Shown here piece after piece: positions 13,172 through 26,360 of a DNA stretch of 64,000 nucleotides. The stretch is taken from NCBI RefSeq assembly GCF_006345805.1, contig NC_042997.1, positions 198,400,001-198,464,000 on the forward strand, read 5' to 3'. Made by a program: the position numbers and the translations under genes. Under the pieces are notes generated by a model, which made no database searches, was not told the origin of the DNA, and was given only the letters and a program-made list of their open reading frames with translations. Position 1 is the first letter of the stretch, and each line of letters starts with the position of its first letter. Source of the DNA: Octopus sinensis (lineage: Eukaryota).

Positions 13172-13462
13172 TCTGTTGTGTCTGGGGAGAGTCATTTTCT
13201 TTTTGTGCCTTATAATTTAACACATTCACCGGTAAAATTTCCACTTAACAGACAGATTCAAGACTATTGAAAAGGTTGCAAGGCGCAACGAGAATTTTAG
13301 GAAAATAAAAATAAGTAAAAAGTGGTAATTTTACCGGTGAGTGTGTTACATTATAAGGCACAAAAAGAAAATGACTCTCCCCAGACACAACAGAATATGC
13401 TTCAACACACGAACTCATATAAAGAATCTTGCAAACCAAATCCAAAAACGAAATTTTCATGA
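13172..13462. mobile_element. Inverted pair of Penelope-like terminal repeats (TTGAAAA family)
   Basis: About 76-bp inverted arms at 13172-13247 and 13319-13397. Hammerhead-like motif at 13264-13300 with GAAA mutated to GAGA. Same family as 49384-49719. Confidence 0.75.
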
Positions 13463-14033
13463 TGTCTCATATTTAGATGATTTTATTAAATTTATTCGGT
13501 TGTTAAACATAAATAAATCTTGGAATTAAACGATTTTGATTTACTGTCGAGTGAACTTTAGCCAAACCTTGTATATATGGAATTAAAGATTTTCTGCATG
13601 TCTTTGCACTGGAAAGCGCTAAGGATATTCAAGACATGCGTGTGTAGCAATGAAACTCGGATTCGGCCCCACTGCGAGGCACGTTCAATAAGTGTGCTCT
13701 ATATTACAATACCGAATCCACAAATCACTTGTGAGTAAATTCCGTTGACAGAGACTGTGAGTGTGCCTTTTTGTTTATGTTTGTCTCTCACCACTTGACA
13801 AACAGTATTGGTTTGTTTACATCCCCATAACTTAACTATTTGGCAAGAGGAAACAGAGTAGGTACTAAGACTGGTTGTTATCGACGAAATGCTACAAGGC
13901 AATGCGCTAGTATGACTGCAGTACAATGAATGAAAAAAAGTAAACCTGTAAATGAGGTTTGTGTGCTTACCTGCGCGCGCGCGCGCGTGTGTGTGTGTGC
14001 ACAAACGTCTCAGTATATCATATCCGTCTTTAT

Positions 14034-14265
14034 AGGCGGCGAGCTAGCAGAAACGTTAGCACACCGGGCGAAATACGTAGCTGTATTTCGTCTGTCGTTA
14101 CGTTCCGAGTTCAAATTCCGCCGAGGTCGACTTTGCCTTTCATCCTTTCGGGGTCGATAAACTAAGTACCAGTTACGCATTGGGGTCGATGTAATCGACT
14201 TGATCCCTTTTTCTGTCCTTGTTTGTCCTCTCTGTGTTTAGTCCCTTGTAGGTAGTAAAGAAATA
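14034..14265 (+). mobile_element. SINE family C monomer with 18-bp TSD
   Basis: TSD TATATCATATCCGTCTTT at 14014-14031 and 14266-14283. Confidence 0.95.
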
Positions 14266-14432
14266 TATATCATATCCGTCTTTGTTTTTGTATATCCGTT
14301 TTATACAATTCTTTATTTCGCTTAACATGTGATACTACCTGCTGATGTGAGTGGTATCCCATGTCCCAATAAGAGTAACATCAGACCGCAGTCCTATCCA
14401 TATGCCTATTCCTTTTAATATTCTTCTCATTT

Positions 14433-14950
14433 AAGGCGGTGAGTTGGCAGAATCGTTAGCACGCCGGGCGAAATGCGTAGCCGTATTTCGTCTGCCGTTA
14501 CGTTCTAAGTTCAAATTCCGCTGAGGTCGACTTTACTTATCATTCTTTCGGAGTCGATTAAATAAGTACCAGTTACGCACTGGGGTCGATATAATCGACT
14601 TTATCCGTGTGTCTGTCCTTGTTTGTTCCTTCTGTGTTTGGTCCATTGCGGATAGTAAAGAAATAGGTATATCGTCTGCTGCTACGATCTGAGTTCAAAT
14701 TCCGCCGAGGTCGACTTTGCCTTTCTTCCTTTCGGGGTCGATTAAATAAGTACCAGTTACGCACTGGGGTCGATATAATCGACTTAATCAGTTTGTCTGT
14801 CCTTTTTTTCCCCCTCTGTGTTTAGCCCCTTGTGGGCAATAAAGAAATAGGTATTTCGTTTGTCTTTACGTACCCGCTATGCACTGTGGTCGATATAATC
14901 GACTGGCCCCCTCCCCCAAAATTTCGGGCTTTGTGCCCCGAGTATAATAG
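14433..14950 (+). mobile_element. SINE family C concatemer (head, 2 units and a deleted third unit)
   Basis: Unit starts at 14667 and 14851, a period of 184 bp. Confidence 0.9.
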
Positions 14951-15201
14951 AACATTCTTCTCAGTTTCAACTTTATGCAATTTGATTACCATTTTCACTT
15001 TCCTTCAGTATCTTCCATCTTATTTCAAGATACTGTTCGATCTTTAATCAATTTAAGAGTAAATTATCCCATTAATAAATCAATTAGCCAGTTTAGAGAA
15101 ACACTCTAGGCAACGCAGTGGAGAGAGAACGGTTTCTATGGAATACACATTTCTTTTACATTTTCTGTTTTTAGTTACTATTCTCTTTCCAGTAAAACTT
15201 A

Positions 15202-15389
15202 TTAGTTAGTTAGTTAGTTAGTTAATTTTTGGCTCAAAAGCAAATAGCAAGGCCATGTAGGGGGACATGGAGTTAAGTACAGGGTAGTGTTCATGTAAAG
15301 AGTTCAGGCCACTTGAGGTCAAGGGAGACTTTGAACAAAGCGGTCGTCGGCATCTTCACCATCTCGTCTGGCAGCTTGTTCCACGCTTC
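15202..15389 (-). mobile_element. CR1/L2-type LINE 3' end
   Basis: The minus strand encodes EAWNKLPDEMVKMPTTALFKVSLDLKW*, matching the WN.LP..VV......FK..LD end of CR1/L2 ORF2, followed by a (CTAA)n tail. Confidence 0.8.
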
Positions 15390-15641
15390 TCTCATCGTTT
15401 GTTAATAAACTTCACCAACTGAAAGTGCGATGCTATAGTTAAACAGTAAACATATATTTAGGCAACAAATTCACTGAGTCGTCAGAGCGTTGGAACATAA
15501 AACTGTTCAGCATTTATTGGACTTTCTACTTTCAAATCTATCTGGACTCATCCTTACTTTTCAACCTTCCGGAGTCGATAAACAAGTACTAATTAAGTCT
15601 TATCCATAAACCTTTTTTTTTTTTAATATTCTTCTCATTTA

Positions 15642-15873
15642 AGGCGGCGAGCTGGCAGAAACGATAGCACGCCGGGCGAAATGCTTAGCGGTATTTCGTC
15701 TGCCGTTACGTTCTGAGTTCAAATTCCACCGAGGTTGACTTTACTTATCATTCTTTCGGAGTCGATTAAATAAGTACCAGTTACGCACTGGGGTCGATAT
15801 AATTGACTTAATCCGTTTGTCTGTCCTTGTTTGTCCCCTCTGTGTGTAGCCACTTGCGGGCAGTAAAGAAATT
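15642..15873 (+). mobile_element. SINE family C monomer
   Basis: Full head and body. Shares its 5' flank and diagnostic substitutions with the 14433 copy. Confidence 0.9.
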
Positions 15874-15884
15874 AGAAACGTTAG

Positions 15885-16150
15885 TACGCTGTAGGACGGG
15901 GAAATTATTGGATCGATGAATAGATGCCTTTAGGAATTCATAGTCTTATGCATCTCAGATAAAATCTGGCTGTGGTCTTCGGACCTAATCCTTGGTTCCA
16001 TTTAACAATTCTACCTAGATGCTTGATGCGTTTTGCAGTGTTCACTTTGTTACAGACATTCGGCCTTAGTCTTCGATTTAAAGATTCCCTCGCTTCCTTT
16101 AGTAATTGATGCTTTAAAAAGGGCCTTGAACACTGTCTCTCTTTGCTTCA
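15885..16150 (-). pseudogene. LRR-like remnant, possibly the distal ectodomain of the 10.9-13.1 kb TLR copy
   Basis: The minus strand gives ASITKGSEGIFKSKTKAECL, resembling the I..l..giF....L..L LRR pattern. Confidence 0.3.
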
Positions 16151-16162
16151 GACTAAACGATT

Positions 16163-16579
16163 GGATCTTTTCGGTTTGAACGGCAGTTTTTCTAGCGGTG
16201 TCATATGAAATTGCCACCCATAATTATGACCCTAGTATCGATCTATTGAATTTCAATCTGCTTTAGGGTTAGGGTTAGGAGTGGAGGGAAGGGTATATTT
16301 TTTTCTTCAGAAATGTAAATAAACCCAATCTGTTTCTTAAACGAGGGACATATTCATACGGCACAGAATGTTGTTTACCTCAATGGACGTCAGTGATTGG
16401 TTGAAATTGCAGAAATTGAAGAAGAAAAAACAACAAATATCTTACAAACTATAGAATTTTCTCAATAAAGCCAAGAGAAAAATATGTTTTATAAACATAT
16501 TCTACCAGTATACGAAGTTTAAAATTTTTTAGTTACCTAGAAATTATGTTAAAAACTGCCGTTCAAACCGAAAAGATCC
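16163..16579 (-). mobile_element. Non-autonomous hAT-like MITE, copy 2
   Basis: Same TIRs as 504-928. Perfect 8-bp TSD AAACGATT at 16155-16162 and 16580-16587. Confidence 0.92.
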
Positions 16580-16905
16580 AAACGATTTTAATAGAATATA
16601 TACAGGTGAAGTAAATAGGGATATAATTCATCCAACCATTTTCGCCGTCCACTAGTAGTTGGAGTAGGGACCTCGTGATTCCCATTCGTAGGGTCCTGCC
16701 GGCTGGATTCCCAAATAAGACTATGGATATAGTCAAACGATTTCGTACCTAAGTCTGCCGAATGGCTCGACTTGAAAAAGCTGTCTTGAGAAAGATTTAC
16801 ACGAAACACATTCCTTAAATACTTGAATATTTATTACAAGCAAACGCTTGAACACTCACACGCAGCAGACACAAACACACGTGCGCACGCACACACACTC
16901 ACACG

Positions 16906-16960
<55 letters not shown>

Positions 16961-17599
16961 GCACTCATGTTTAGCCATTCGGCCGAACACACGAACACAT
17001 CTGCACGCGTTTTGGAATACACGTGTCGGAATGAGCATAAGAGATGCAGCAATGACACATGACAAGTTATGCAAACTGAATACGTGAAAGATTTTGTCGC
17101 CAATTTGATTTTAACAACCGCTACAGATGGACAGGAAAACATTACCCGAAGAGAAGGAAAAGGTGAAAACATTAATACTAAATTGAAGGAATAATCTCCA
17201 GCTAATGTTTAAAGTATTATAGACTCTGTATTCCAGTTTTGAGTTCACTATTACTTATATTGCTTTCATTCCAATATACAAGCTTACATACATACATACA
17301 TGCCTAAACACACATACACACATACATGCAAACATACTTACATACATGCATATATAAATCCTATGTTTACATACATAATATATACATATAGGCAAATCCA
17401 AGAACAAAACAAATGCAGGGGAAAGACAACGAAAATTCAATTGGACGCGCACAATGAATGGATAAATAGATAGAAAGAGAGGTGGGGAGATAGGTATATA
17501 GATAGATAGCAAGATAGATATATAGATAGATAAACAGATAGACAGACAGACAGATGGATGGATAGACAGACACAGACAGACAGATAGCTAGCTAGATAG

Positions 17600-17770
17600 A
17601 TACGTTTCTTTATTAGCCATACAGGGTTGAACACAGACGGGACAAATTACAAAGTAGAGCTTTTCTTTTTGGGGAGAACAAAAAAGTGGTGTAGGTTTAC
17701 AATCAAAAGGGATCGTGGAGAAGACAAAGAAGCTATTTCGGAGAGGTTCCTACTTTAATGTAACTAAGAT
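17600..17770 (-). mobile_element. Probable LINE 3' end with (TATC)n tail
   Basis: The minus strand ends CCCTGTATGGCTAATAAAGAAACG and then runs into a long TATC/TGTC array (17460-17600). Confidence 0.4.
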
Positions 17771-18226
17771 AAAATGTATACTGTATGAATGTAAATGAAA
17801 GAGGGCCTTGCATTAAAAAATTCAATACTCATCTGCTATCACGGTACAGCACATATATTTGAAAGTGTGTGTATATACATGTATATTTCTGTGGATGCAC
17901 ATCTCTGTGTGTGTGTGTGTGTGTGCGTTTGTGTTTACACACGGATCACTATTGAAGATTTAATAATAATAAACATAAGGTGCAGAACGAAATATACCTA
18001 GTTCCACGTCCTATTCCTTTGTTCATACGCAGACGATCCGAGTGATAACATTTAAAAAAGCTTGGCTTTCTAAATCCACGATTGTTGGATTGTATTAACA
18101 ACCCTCACAGTAGCAGCATTTATATGGAACTTTATGAGCTGAAGAGTGAAACATAATAGGGTCTCAGATTATATGAAAATAGCAGCCGAATTTCTTCAAA
18201 TTACATCTTTAATATCCCTAAACGAA

Positions 18227-18449
18227 CGAGATGGTCATGGCTGGAATGTATAAGATTACATTTCTGAGCTATTGAACAGGAGCATACAGCAACAAATGAT
18301 ATTTCAACGCCTTTAAAATCATGAAGGTACATTTAAAAATATCACCTTTAATTTCCCCAAAAGAGCGAGATGGTCATGGCTGGAATGTATAAGATTACAT
18401 TTCTGAGCTATTGAACAGGAGCAAACAGCAACAAATGATATTTCAACGC
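18227..18449. repeat. Direct duplication of an 84-bp segment (period 139)
   Basis: CGAGATGGTCATGGCTGGAATG...TTTCAACGC at 18227-18310 and 18366-18449, with 1 mismatch. Confidence 0.9.
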
Positions 18450-18981
18450 TCATATGTTTAGTACTCTTGAACTAAACATGTTGGAAAAGCTACTACGAGG
18501 GTAGGATATCTTTTAGAATGTCACTACTCCCAGCTACTTAATTATTAATTAAATATTAAAGAGAGCAAGAAGCTCAGAAATGGCGACAGCATCGTGGAGT
18601 AGTTTGTCTTGAGGCGGTGATGTAGGTGGTGGCTTCAATGAGCGAAATAAAGATTTGTACAAAACGGATATAAAGAAGCAAAGACGGATATGATATACTG
18701 AGACGTTTATGCACACACATACACACACTCAACCACGCGTGCACACACATACACACAACCACGCGAGCACACACACATACACACACACACACACACATGC
18801 ACACATGCACACATGCACACACACATACACGCAGGCAAGCACACAAACTTTACGTCTGTAGTAATGTATGAAAGACTATAGAAGTATATTTATTGTATGT
18901 ATATATGTGTATGTATGTGTGTATACGTTTGTGCATGTGTATATATGTGTGCGTGTGTGTGTGTGTATATGTGTGTGCGTG

Positions 18982-19025
<44 letters not shown>

Positions 19026-19732
19026 CGTGTGTATGTATGTGTGCGTGTGTGTGTATATACGAATACATATATATATATATATGTTTCTATGCATGTTTAT
19101 ATATGTAAATAATGCAATGTAGCATGATTACATATGATTAATAACTTATATATATATATATATATTTATATCATATATCATATGTGTGTGTGTGTATCAT
19201 GTGTGTGAGTGTGTGTGTCATGTGTGCGTGTATTTATGTACGTGCGTATATATGTATGAGCGAATGTGTATGTGTGCATAACTGTTTGATTTCTATTCAA
19301 GTTTTTTGTAATAATCTATATACACTGAGAAAGAAAAAAATTTGCACAATTGAGGAATTATAAAACGGGAAGGGATTTAAAGAGCGTGCTAATGGCGTGC
19401 GAGTTGTCATGGAAACTGTTACCAAGAGAAACTAGACATCCTTGTCAATTGCTGCAATATTCTGTAGTCTGTTGTGCTGCAGCAGTTAATGTGACAATCA
19501 TAGAGTTTGCGCTCCTGTGTTGGCATTCTAGTAAAATGTGCGACCAGACTTAGTTTTCGAAATAGTTAATCGCTGATCACTTACAACCATAGATTGCTAT
19601 ATACATTCTTATACATATATATATATACACACTATGCACACCTCCCCCGACACATACATACACAATGATTACTCCAATATTTTTAATTGTGATTATATTT
19701 AATATTTAATTATGTGTTTGTGATGTGTCTAA

Positions 19733-19766
<34 letters not shown>

Positions 19767-19887
19767 GTCTGTCTGTCTGTCTGTCTGCATGTCTGTCTGT
19801 CTGTCTATTTATCTACCTATCTATTTATGTGTGTCTATACATACAGACAAACAGACAGACAGACATACGTACATACATGCAAACATA

Positions 19888-20221
19888 TACTCTTTTACTC
19901 TTGTACTTGTTTCAGTCATTTGACTGCGGCCATGCTGGAGCACCGCCTTTAGTCGATCAAATCGACCCCGGGACTTATTCTTTGTAAACCCAGTACTTAT
20001 TCTATCGGTCTCTTTTGCTGAACCGCTAAGTGACGGGGACGTAAACACACACACACACACAGACACACACATATATATATATATATATATACGACACTCA
20101 CAAGGCATTAGTCGGCCCGGGGCTATAGCAGAAGACACTTGCCCAAGATGCCACGCAGTGGGACTGAACCCGGACCCATATCGTTGGTTAGCAAGCTACT
20201 TACCACACAGCCACTCCTGCG

Positions 20222-20224
<3 letters not shown>
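19888..20224 (-). mobile_element. SINE family A
   Basis: Reverse-complement head and tail with an internal microsatellite. Confidence 0.9.
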
Positions 20225-20262
<38 letters not shown>

Positions 20263-20506
20263 TATATATATAAAGAGAGAGAGAGAGAGAGAGACAGGAG
20301 TGGATGTGTGGTAGAAAAATAGCTTCTCAACCACATGGTTCTGGGATCAGTTCCACTGCTGGGCACCTTCGGCAAATGTCTTCTTATATAGTCTCGGGGT
20401 GACCAAAGCGTTATGAGTGGGAAACTGAAAGAAACCCTTCCTGTGTGTGTATATATATACATATATATGTGTGTATATATATATATGTGTGTATATACAC
20501 ATATAT

Positions 20507-20550
<44 letters not shown>

Positions 20551-20553
<3 letters not shown>

Positions 20554-20946
20554 TAGGAGTGGCTGTGTGTTAAGTAGCTTCCTTACCAACCACACGGTTC
20601 CGAGTTCAGTCCGGACAAGTGTCTCCTATAGCTTCGAGCCGACCCAACCCTTGAGTGGATTTGGTAGACGAAAACTGAAAGAAGCCCGTCGTATATATAT
20701 ATATATCTGTACATGTGTGTATATGTTTGTGTGTCTCTGTTTGTCACCCCCAACATCGCTTAACAACCGATGCGGGTGTGTTTACGTCCCCGTAACTTAG
20801 CGCTTCGGGAAAACTGACCGATAGAATGAGTACTAGGCTTACAAAGAATAAATCCTGGAGTCGATTTGCTCGACTAAAGGCGGTGCTCCAGCATGGTAAC
20901 TGTCAAATGACTGAAACAAGTAAAAGAGTGAAAGAGTAAAAGAGTG
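20551..20946 (+). mobile_element. SINE family A (a further head fragment at 20296-20445)
   Basis: Head-to-tail match to the family consensus. Confidence 0.88.
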
Positions 20947-21034
20947 TATACATTGATAGAAATGGCAAGACAACAAAAGAATGAAAGAGACCTCGATATT
21001 ATGTAAATAGAGGAAATTATCTGTAAAATATAAT

Positions 21035-21376
21035 ATGTGACAATTATTCGGTAGCCATGATAAAACTCTGAGTTTCGGATGTCGAGGCGGAAACCTACGC
21101 CGGCATCTCTTCAGGTGTCGGGCCATCAAAAAAATGCTATGAAAATGATTGTTAAACAAAGGGAAATTACTGTGTGATTGACCGTTATTAAGACAAAAGA
21201 TCTATTTGAATGACCGCTAAGTAAGGAGAGGGAGTAAAGGTAAGGGAGTAAAAAAGTTCATAGCAAAGAACATTTTGTTTTATGGCCCCATAACTGAAGA
21301 GATGCCGGAGTGTGTCCCCCCCCCCTCGACATCCGAAACTCGGAGTTTAATCATGGCTACCGAATAATTGTCACAC
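21035..21376. mobile_element. Inverted pair of Penelope-like ends with hammerhead-like motifs (CTGAAGAGATG family)
   Basis: 21035-21125 is the reverse complement of 21283-21376. Each arm reads CTGAAGA-GATG..CGACATC-C-GAAA-CTC(N)GAGT-T. Confidence 0.7.
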
Positions 21377-21584
21377 GTATGTATGTATGTGTGGTATTTG
21401 TGTCTGTGTTTGTCCCTCCACCATCGCTTGACAACTAATGTTGGTATGTTTACGTCCCCGTAACTTTGCGGTTCGGCAAAATATATCGATAGAGTAAACA
21501 CTAGGCTTACGAAGAATAAATCTTATGGTCGATTTCTTCGACTAAAGGCGGTGCTCCAGCATAATATTATATTACATGTAACAT

Positions 21585-21668
<84 letters not shown>

Positions 21669-21769
21669 ATCATGTAACCGACCAGGCTATCAGATGTTAC
21701 TACACATCGCTAGTCACAATGCGCTTCGCATTGTTTTAGCCTTCAAATAACGCCACCCCGCTGGCTAAG

Positions 21770-21910
21770 CGAGCAGGTCAACAGAAGACAGAGTGAGAGA
21801 AAGTTGCGGCGAAGGAGTACAGCAGGGATCGCCACCAGCCCTGCATGGGAATCGAAACCGTGGTCCCACGACCACGTATCCACTGTCCCAACCACTGGGC
21901 CACTGCGCCT

Positions 21911-21912
<2 letters not shown>
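21770..21912 (-). mobile_element. SINE head D, internally deleted
   Basis: GTGGAGGCGCAGTGGCCCAGTGGTT head and CCTGCTGTACTCC..CGCCGCAACTTTCTCTCACTC body. Confidence 0.75.
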
Positions 21913-21944
<32 letters not shown>

Positions 21945-22225
21945 ATGTTTGTCTTTTATGTTTTATCATTTATCTTTTACTTGTTTCAGTCATTAGACTG
22001 CGGCCATGCCGAAGCGCCACCTTGAATTTTTAGTCGAATGAATCCACCTCAATATTTTTGCTTTTAAGCCAGGTACTTATTCTATAGTTCACTTCTGCCG
22101 AACCGCTAGGTTACGGTGATATAAACATACCAACAACGGTTGTTAAGTATTGGTGAAGAACAAATACAGACACAAAGACATACACACATACACACACAAT
22201 GATACGCACACACATATACATACCC

Positions 22226-22256
<31 letters not shown>

Positions 22257-22259
<3 letters not shown>

Positions 22260-22715
22260 GAAATTATAGAAAAACAAAAAACGAAGACAGGTGTATGAAC
22301 GACAAGCAAGTGTATTAGTTTGATGCTCGGGAAAATGAAAGTCTTTTACGCTTCGACCCTACGCTCTTCTGCAGAGAGAGAATGAAAAAAAATTTGCATA
22401 TTTAGCGGTCCAGCATGGTGAATGATTAGAAAAAGTTTCACAGGAAGGGAGATAATAAAGTGCTGGTGATTCCAAATAAAGGTGCCTGTGTATGTGTATC
22501 TGTGTGTGAGAATTGTGTGTGTGAATAGGGCCTAGTGACTCTGACGTTTGTGATTGTGTTCGTGTGTCCTTTTTTATGTTTCTGACGAAGAGCTCCGCTC
22601 GAAACGTTAAATCCTCCTTCTTTCTTTCCTTTCCTGAGCGTCCAATAACACTATACTTGTTCCACGTCCTCGCGTTGTTGTGTTTTCTCTTTGTTCATGT
22701 TTAGATTAACTATAC
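22257..22715. mobile_element. Divergent inverted pair of Penelope-like terminal repeats (GAGC..GCTC family)
   Basis: The right arm (+, 22575-22715) is related to the reverse complement of the left arm (22257-22380). Both carry hammerhead-type cores. Confidence 0.7.
22578..22612 (+). ncRNA. Minimal type-I hammerhead ribozyme motif
   Basis: TTT-CTGACGA-A-GAGC(TCC)GCTC-GAAA-CGT-T-AAA: intact core, 4-bp stem II, palindromic ACGT helix III, 3-bp stem I. Confidence 0.65.
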
Positions 22716-22731
22716 ATATATATATATATAT

Positions 22732-22810
<79 letters not shown>

Positions 22811-23049
22811 TGTATGTATATATATGCACGTACTTACGTATACGACGAGCTTCTTTCAGTTTCCGTTTACCAAATCCACTCACAAGGCTTTGGTTGGCCC
22901 AAGTCTATTGTAAAAGCCACTTGCCCAACATACCATGCAGTGTGGTTGAACCCGGAACCATATGGTTTGGAAGTTAGCTTCTTGCTACACAACCACACCA
23001 GCGACTATGCGTGTGTGTGTGTTGTATTGTATAAGTGTACCTGTGGAAT

Positions 23050-23550
23050 TTATATCCTCATTTCCTAGAGAATCAAGTTATCTTTAAAATTTTGAATGAC
23101 TTGGACGTTTGCAGAGAACCATGAAATAAAAATTTCTTTTGAAATTCTATTTCCTTGCTGCATATAATTCTAAAGATGGCGTAAACGCCTCACAAGTAAT
23201 ATTAAAGATGCAGTAATATAAGAGAGTAGCTTTTATAAAGGATATTCTTTGTTATACCCTTGCCTCTTCTTGTGAGTTATCTATTCATTTTATCTTTACG
23301 TCAAAAATGAACGTTCTATATCCAGAGCTACAGACAATTGTTTCTGTTTGAAATTATTGAAAATATGTTGACAGAAGATATTTATCAAACGTCTTAAACC
23401 ATTTTATTTATTGAATTCAGTCAAAGACACTATCTATACAGTTATTCTGCTGCGGCACAATTTACTTTAGCAATGGTTCAACTCTTTGTGTGCTAAGTTG
23501 CACTACATATTTGATCACATGATTTTAAAGAAAAACTTCAAAATACATTG
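23050..23550 (-). pseudogene. TLR-like remnant (last LRRs and LRRCT)
   Basis: The minus strand gives HIFNNFKQKQLSVALDIERSFLT and YMQQGNRISKEIFISWFSANVQVIQNFKDNL. Confidence 0.45.
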
Positions 23551-23551
23551 T

Positions 23552-23840
23552 GATGCGTGACTGTGTGGTAAGAAGCTTGCTTCCCAACCACATGATTCCG
23601 GGTTCAGTTCCACTACATGGCTCCTTCGGTTTGTGTCTTCTACTATAGACTCAGGCTGATCAAAGCCTTGTGAGGGGGTTTGGTCGACGGAAACTGAAAG
23701 AAGCCTGTCGTATATGTATATATGTGTATATATTTATGTGTCTGTGTCTTTGTGTATAAGTTCGTTCCCTCACCAACGCTTGACAACAGAAGCTGGAGTG
23801 ATTACGTCCCCGTAACTTTGCAGGTCGGCAAAAAAGACCG
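23552..23840 (+). mobile_element. SINE family A, diverged and 3'-truncated
   Basis: Match to the family head and mid-body. Confidence 0.8.
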
Positions 23841-23917
23841 CTAAGTAAGGAGAGGGAGTAAAGGTATACACACACACATATACATACACACAAACACATT
23901 ACGTACACACACAGATG

Positions 23918-24008
<91 letters not shown>

Positions 24009-24164
24009 TAAGCTTCTTTCAGTGTTCGTCAACCAACTCCACTCAGAAGGTTTTGGTCAGCCCGGGGCTGTTGTAGAAGACACTTGTTCAAATCCCCCGC
24101 TGTGGGACTGAACCCAGAATGGTGAAGTTGGGAAGCGAAATTCTTACCATGCAACCACGCCTAT

Positions 24165-24329
24165 GTATGCATGTATGTATGCATGTATGTATGCATGTAT
24201 GTATTCATGTATGCATGTATGCATGTATGCATGTATGCATGCATGTATGTATGTATGTATGTATGTATGTTTGTATGTATGTACATATGTTTGTATGTAT
24301 GTATGTATGTATGTATGTTTGTATGTATG

Positions 24330-24361
<32 letters not shown>

Positions 24362-24362
24362 T
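24165..24362. repeat. (TGTA/TGCA)n tetranucleotide microsatellite
   Basis: Visible simple repeat. Confidence 0.95.
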
Positions 24363-25348
24363 CAATACAACCACATATTGATAATCTTTTACATAAGCTG
24401 TGTGCAATTTCTTGTAACGCCATTTTCTCTACGCTGTACAATTTTGTAGGTCCGCTTTATTCGGTTATGCATTTCTCTGCATAACTTCTCATTATTGCCC
24501 GCTCAGTTATTGATATAGTTTTTTTTTCTTATGCTTTCAGTCGTCACCGTATTCTGGTTACTCTAGATTTTTATATTTGGAAAATTTGTCTCTACGTTTT
24601 AGAGATCCGTTATCGACTTTCGAGACCAATACTTCGGTGAGAAGACTATTTCTCTCTGGGTCGTCTTCAGCATCAAGATTTGACTGAGTAACTTCGATGT
24701 CTCTGTCTGTCCTAGTTGACATGTATCGTAATACGCTCCCAACTGAAGACTGTAATAACAAGATGAAATAAATAAATCGAAAAGGGTAACGAAATATATT
24801 TATGTAAACGAATAGAAATGAAAAGAAATAAAAACAATACATCAACAAAATGGCGATGAACCGTCACCTAAGTTAGATCAGAGCACACCGCGATACCAGC
24901 CGCCTTCCACACTGGAATCCGTTACTATTTGTTAGTTGATGTATTTAGAAGGCTTATGAGACACCGTCATATTCGACAAGGTAAGAAGCATTCTTAATCG
25001 CTCGGGAGAGATCGATTCAGTGATAGTCGATTATTAATGTGGATGTATTCTATATTTTCTTCGTGACGATTGAATTTTGATTTCATGTCATCATCTGAAA
25101 TCAACGCATCATCCTCTGTGTCTGCGCTTAATTCGTTAATCACATCTATGTGACTTCGATCGCAGATGTGCGTGTGAGTGCCTGTGTGTGGGTGACAGTA
25201 TTAGCGTCTGTGCGTGTGTGAGTGTGCGTGTAGGTAGGTGTATGTGTTAGCATGTGTGTGAACATGCGTGTGTGTGTGTGTGATGAATTGCAGCATTGCT
25301 GGCGGTTTTTCTGTTTCTGTTTTAAATTCTAAAAAATTCCTTGCTATC

Positions 25349-25778
25349 AGGCGTAGGAGTGGCTGTGTGGTAAGTAGCTTGTTTACCAACCACATGGTTC
25401 CCGGTTCAGTCTCACTGCGTGGCACCTTGGGCAAGTGTCTTCTACTATAGCCTCGGGCCGACCAAAGCCTTGTGAGTGGATTTGGTAGACGGAAATTGAA
25501 AGAAGCCTGTCGTATATATGTGTATATATATGTGTGTGTGTGTGTGTCTGTGTGTCTGTGTGTGTCTGTGTGTGTGTCTGTGTCTGTCCCCCTAGCATTG
25601 CTTGACAACCGATGCTGGTGTGTTTATGTCCCCGTCACTTAGCGGTTCGGCAAAAGAGACCGATAGAATAAGTACTGGGCTTACAAAGAATAAGTCCCGG
25701 GGTCGAATTGCTCGATTAAAGGTGGTGCTCCAGCATGGCCGCACTCAAATGACTGAAACAAGTAAAAGAGTAAAGAGT
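25349..25778 (+). mobile_element. SINE family A, full length
   Basis: Near-consensus copy. Confidence 0.92.
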
Positions 25779-25974
25779 ATCATTCAGTACCGTGAGACGG
25801 TATACTGCAAATTTCCAGTTGGTTTTATTATCTAAGACCCGTAAATCCATCCATATACTGCTTTCTTGTTATTTTCTTGGAAGAATTTATTTGCATGTAT
25901 TTCGATTTTGTCTCTGCCTCTCTTCTTAAAGTAAGTTTGCATATTATATATTTATGAAGTTAATTATGTATACA

Positions 25975-26111
25975 GGGGCAGGTGTGGTAAGACGCTTGCT
26001 TCTCAACCACATGGTCCCGGGTTCAATACCACTGCGTGGCACCTTGGGCAAGTATCTTCTGCTATAGCCTCAGGCTGACCAAAGCCTTGTGAATGGATTT
26101 GTGTGTGTGTG

Positions 26112-26149
<38 letters not shown>

Positions 26150-26360
26150 TATGTGTGTGTGTCTATGTGTGTCTGTGTTTGTCCCACCGCTTGACAACCG
26201 ATGTTGGTGTATTTACGTCATCGTAAGTGGTTCGGCAAAAGAGACCGATACAATAAGTACTAGACTTACAAAGAATAAGTCCTGGGGTTGATTTCTTCGA
26301 CTAAAGGTGGTGCCCCAGCATGGCCGCACTCAAAATGACTGAAACATGTAAAAGAATAAA
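25975..26360 (+). mobile_element. SINE family A
   Basis: Head, (TG)n, 3' half and tail. Confidence 0.88.
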
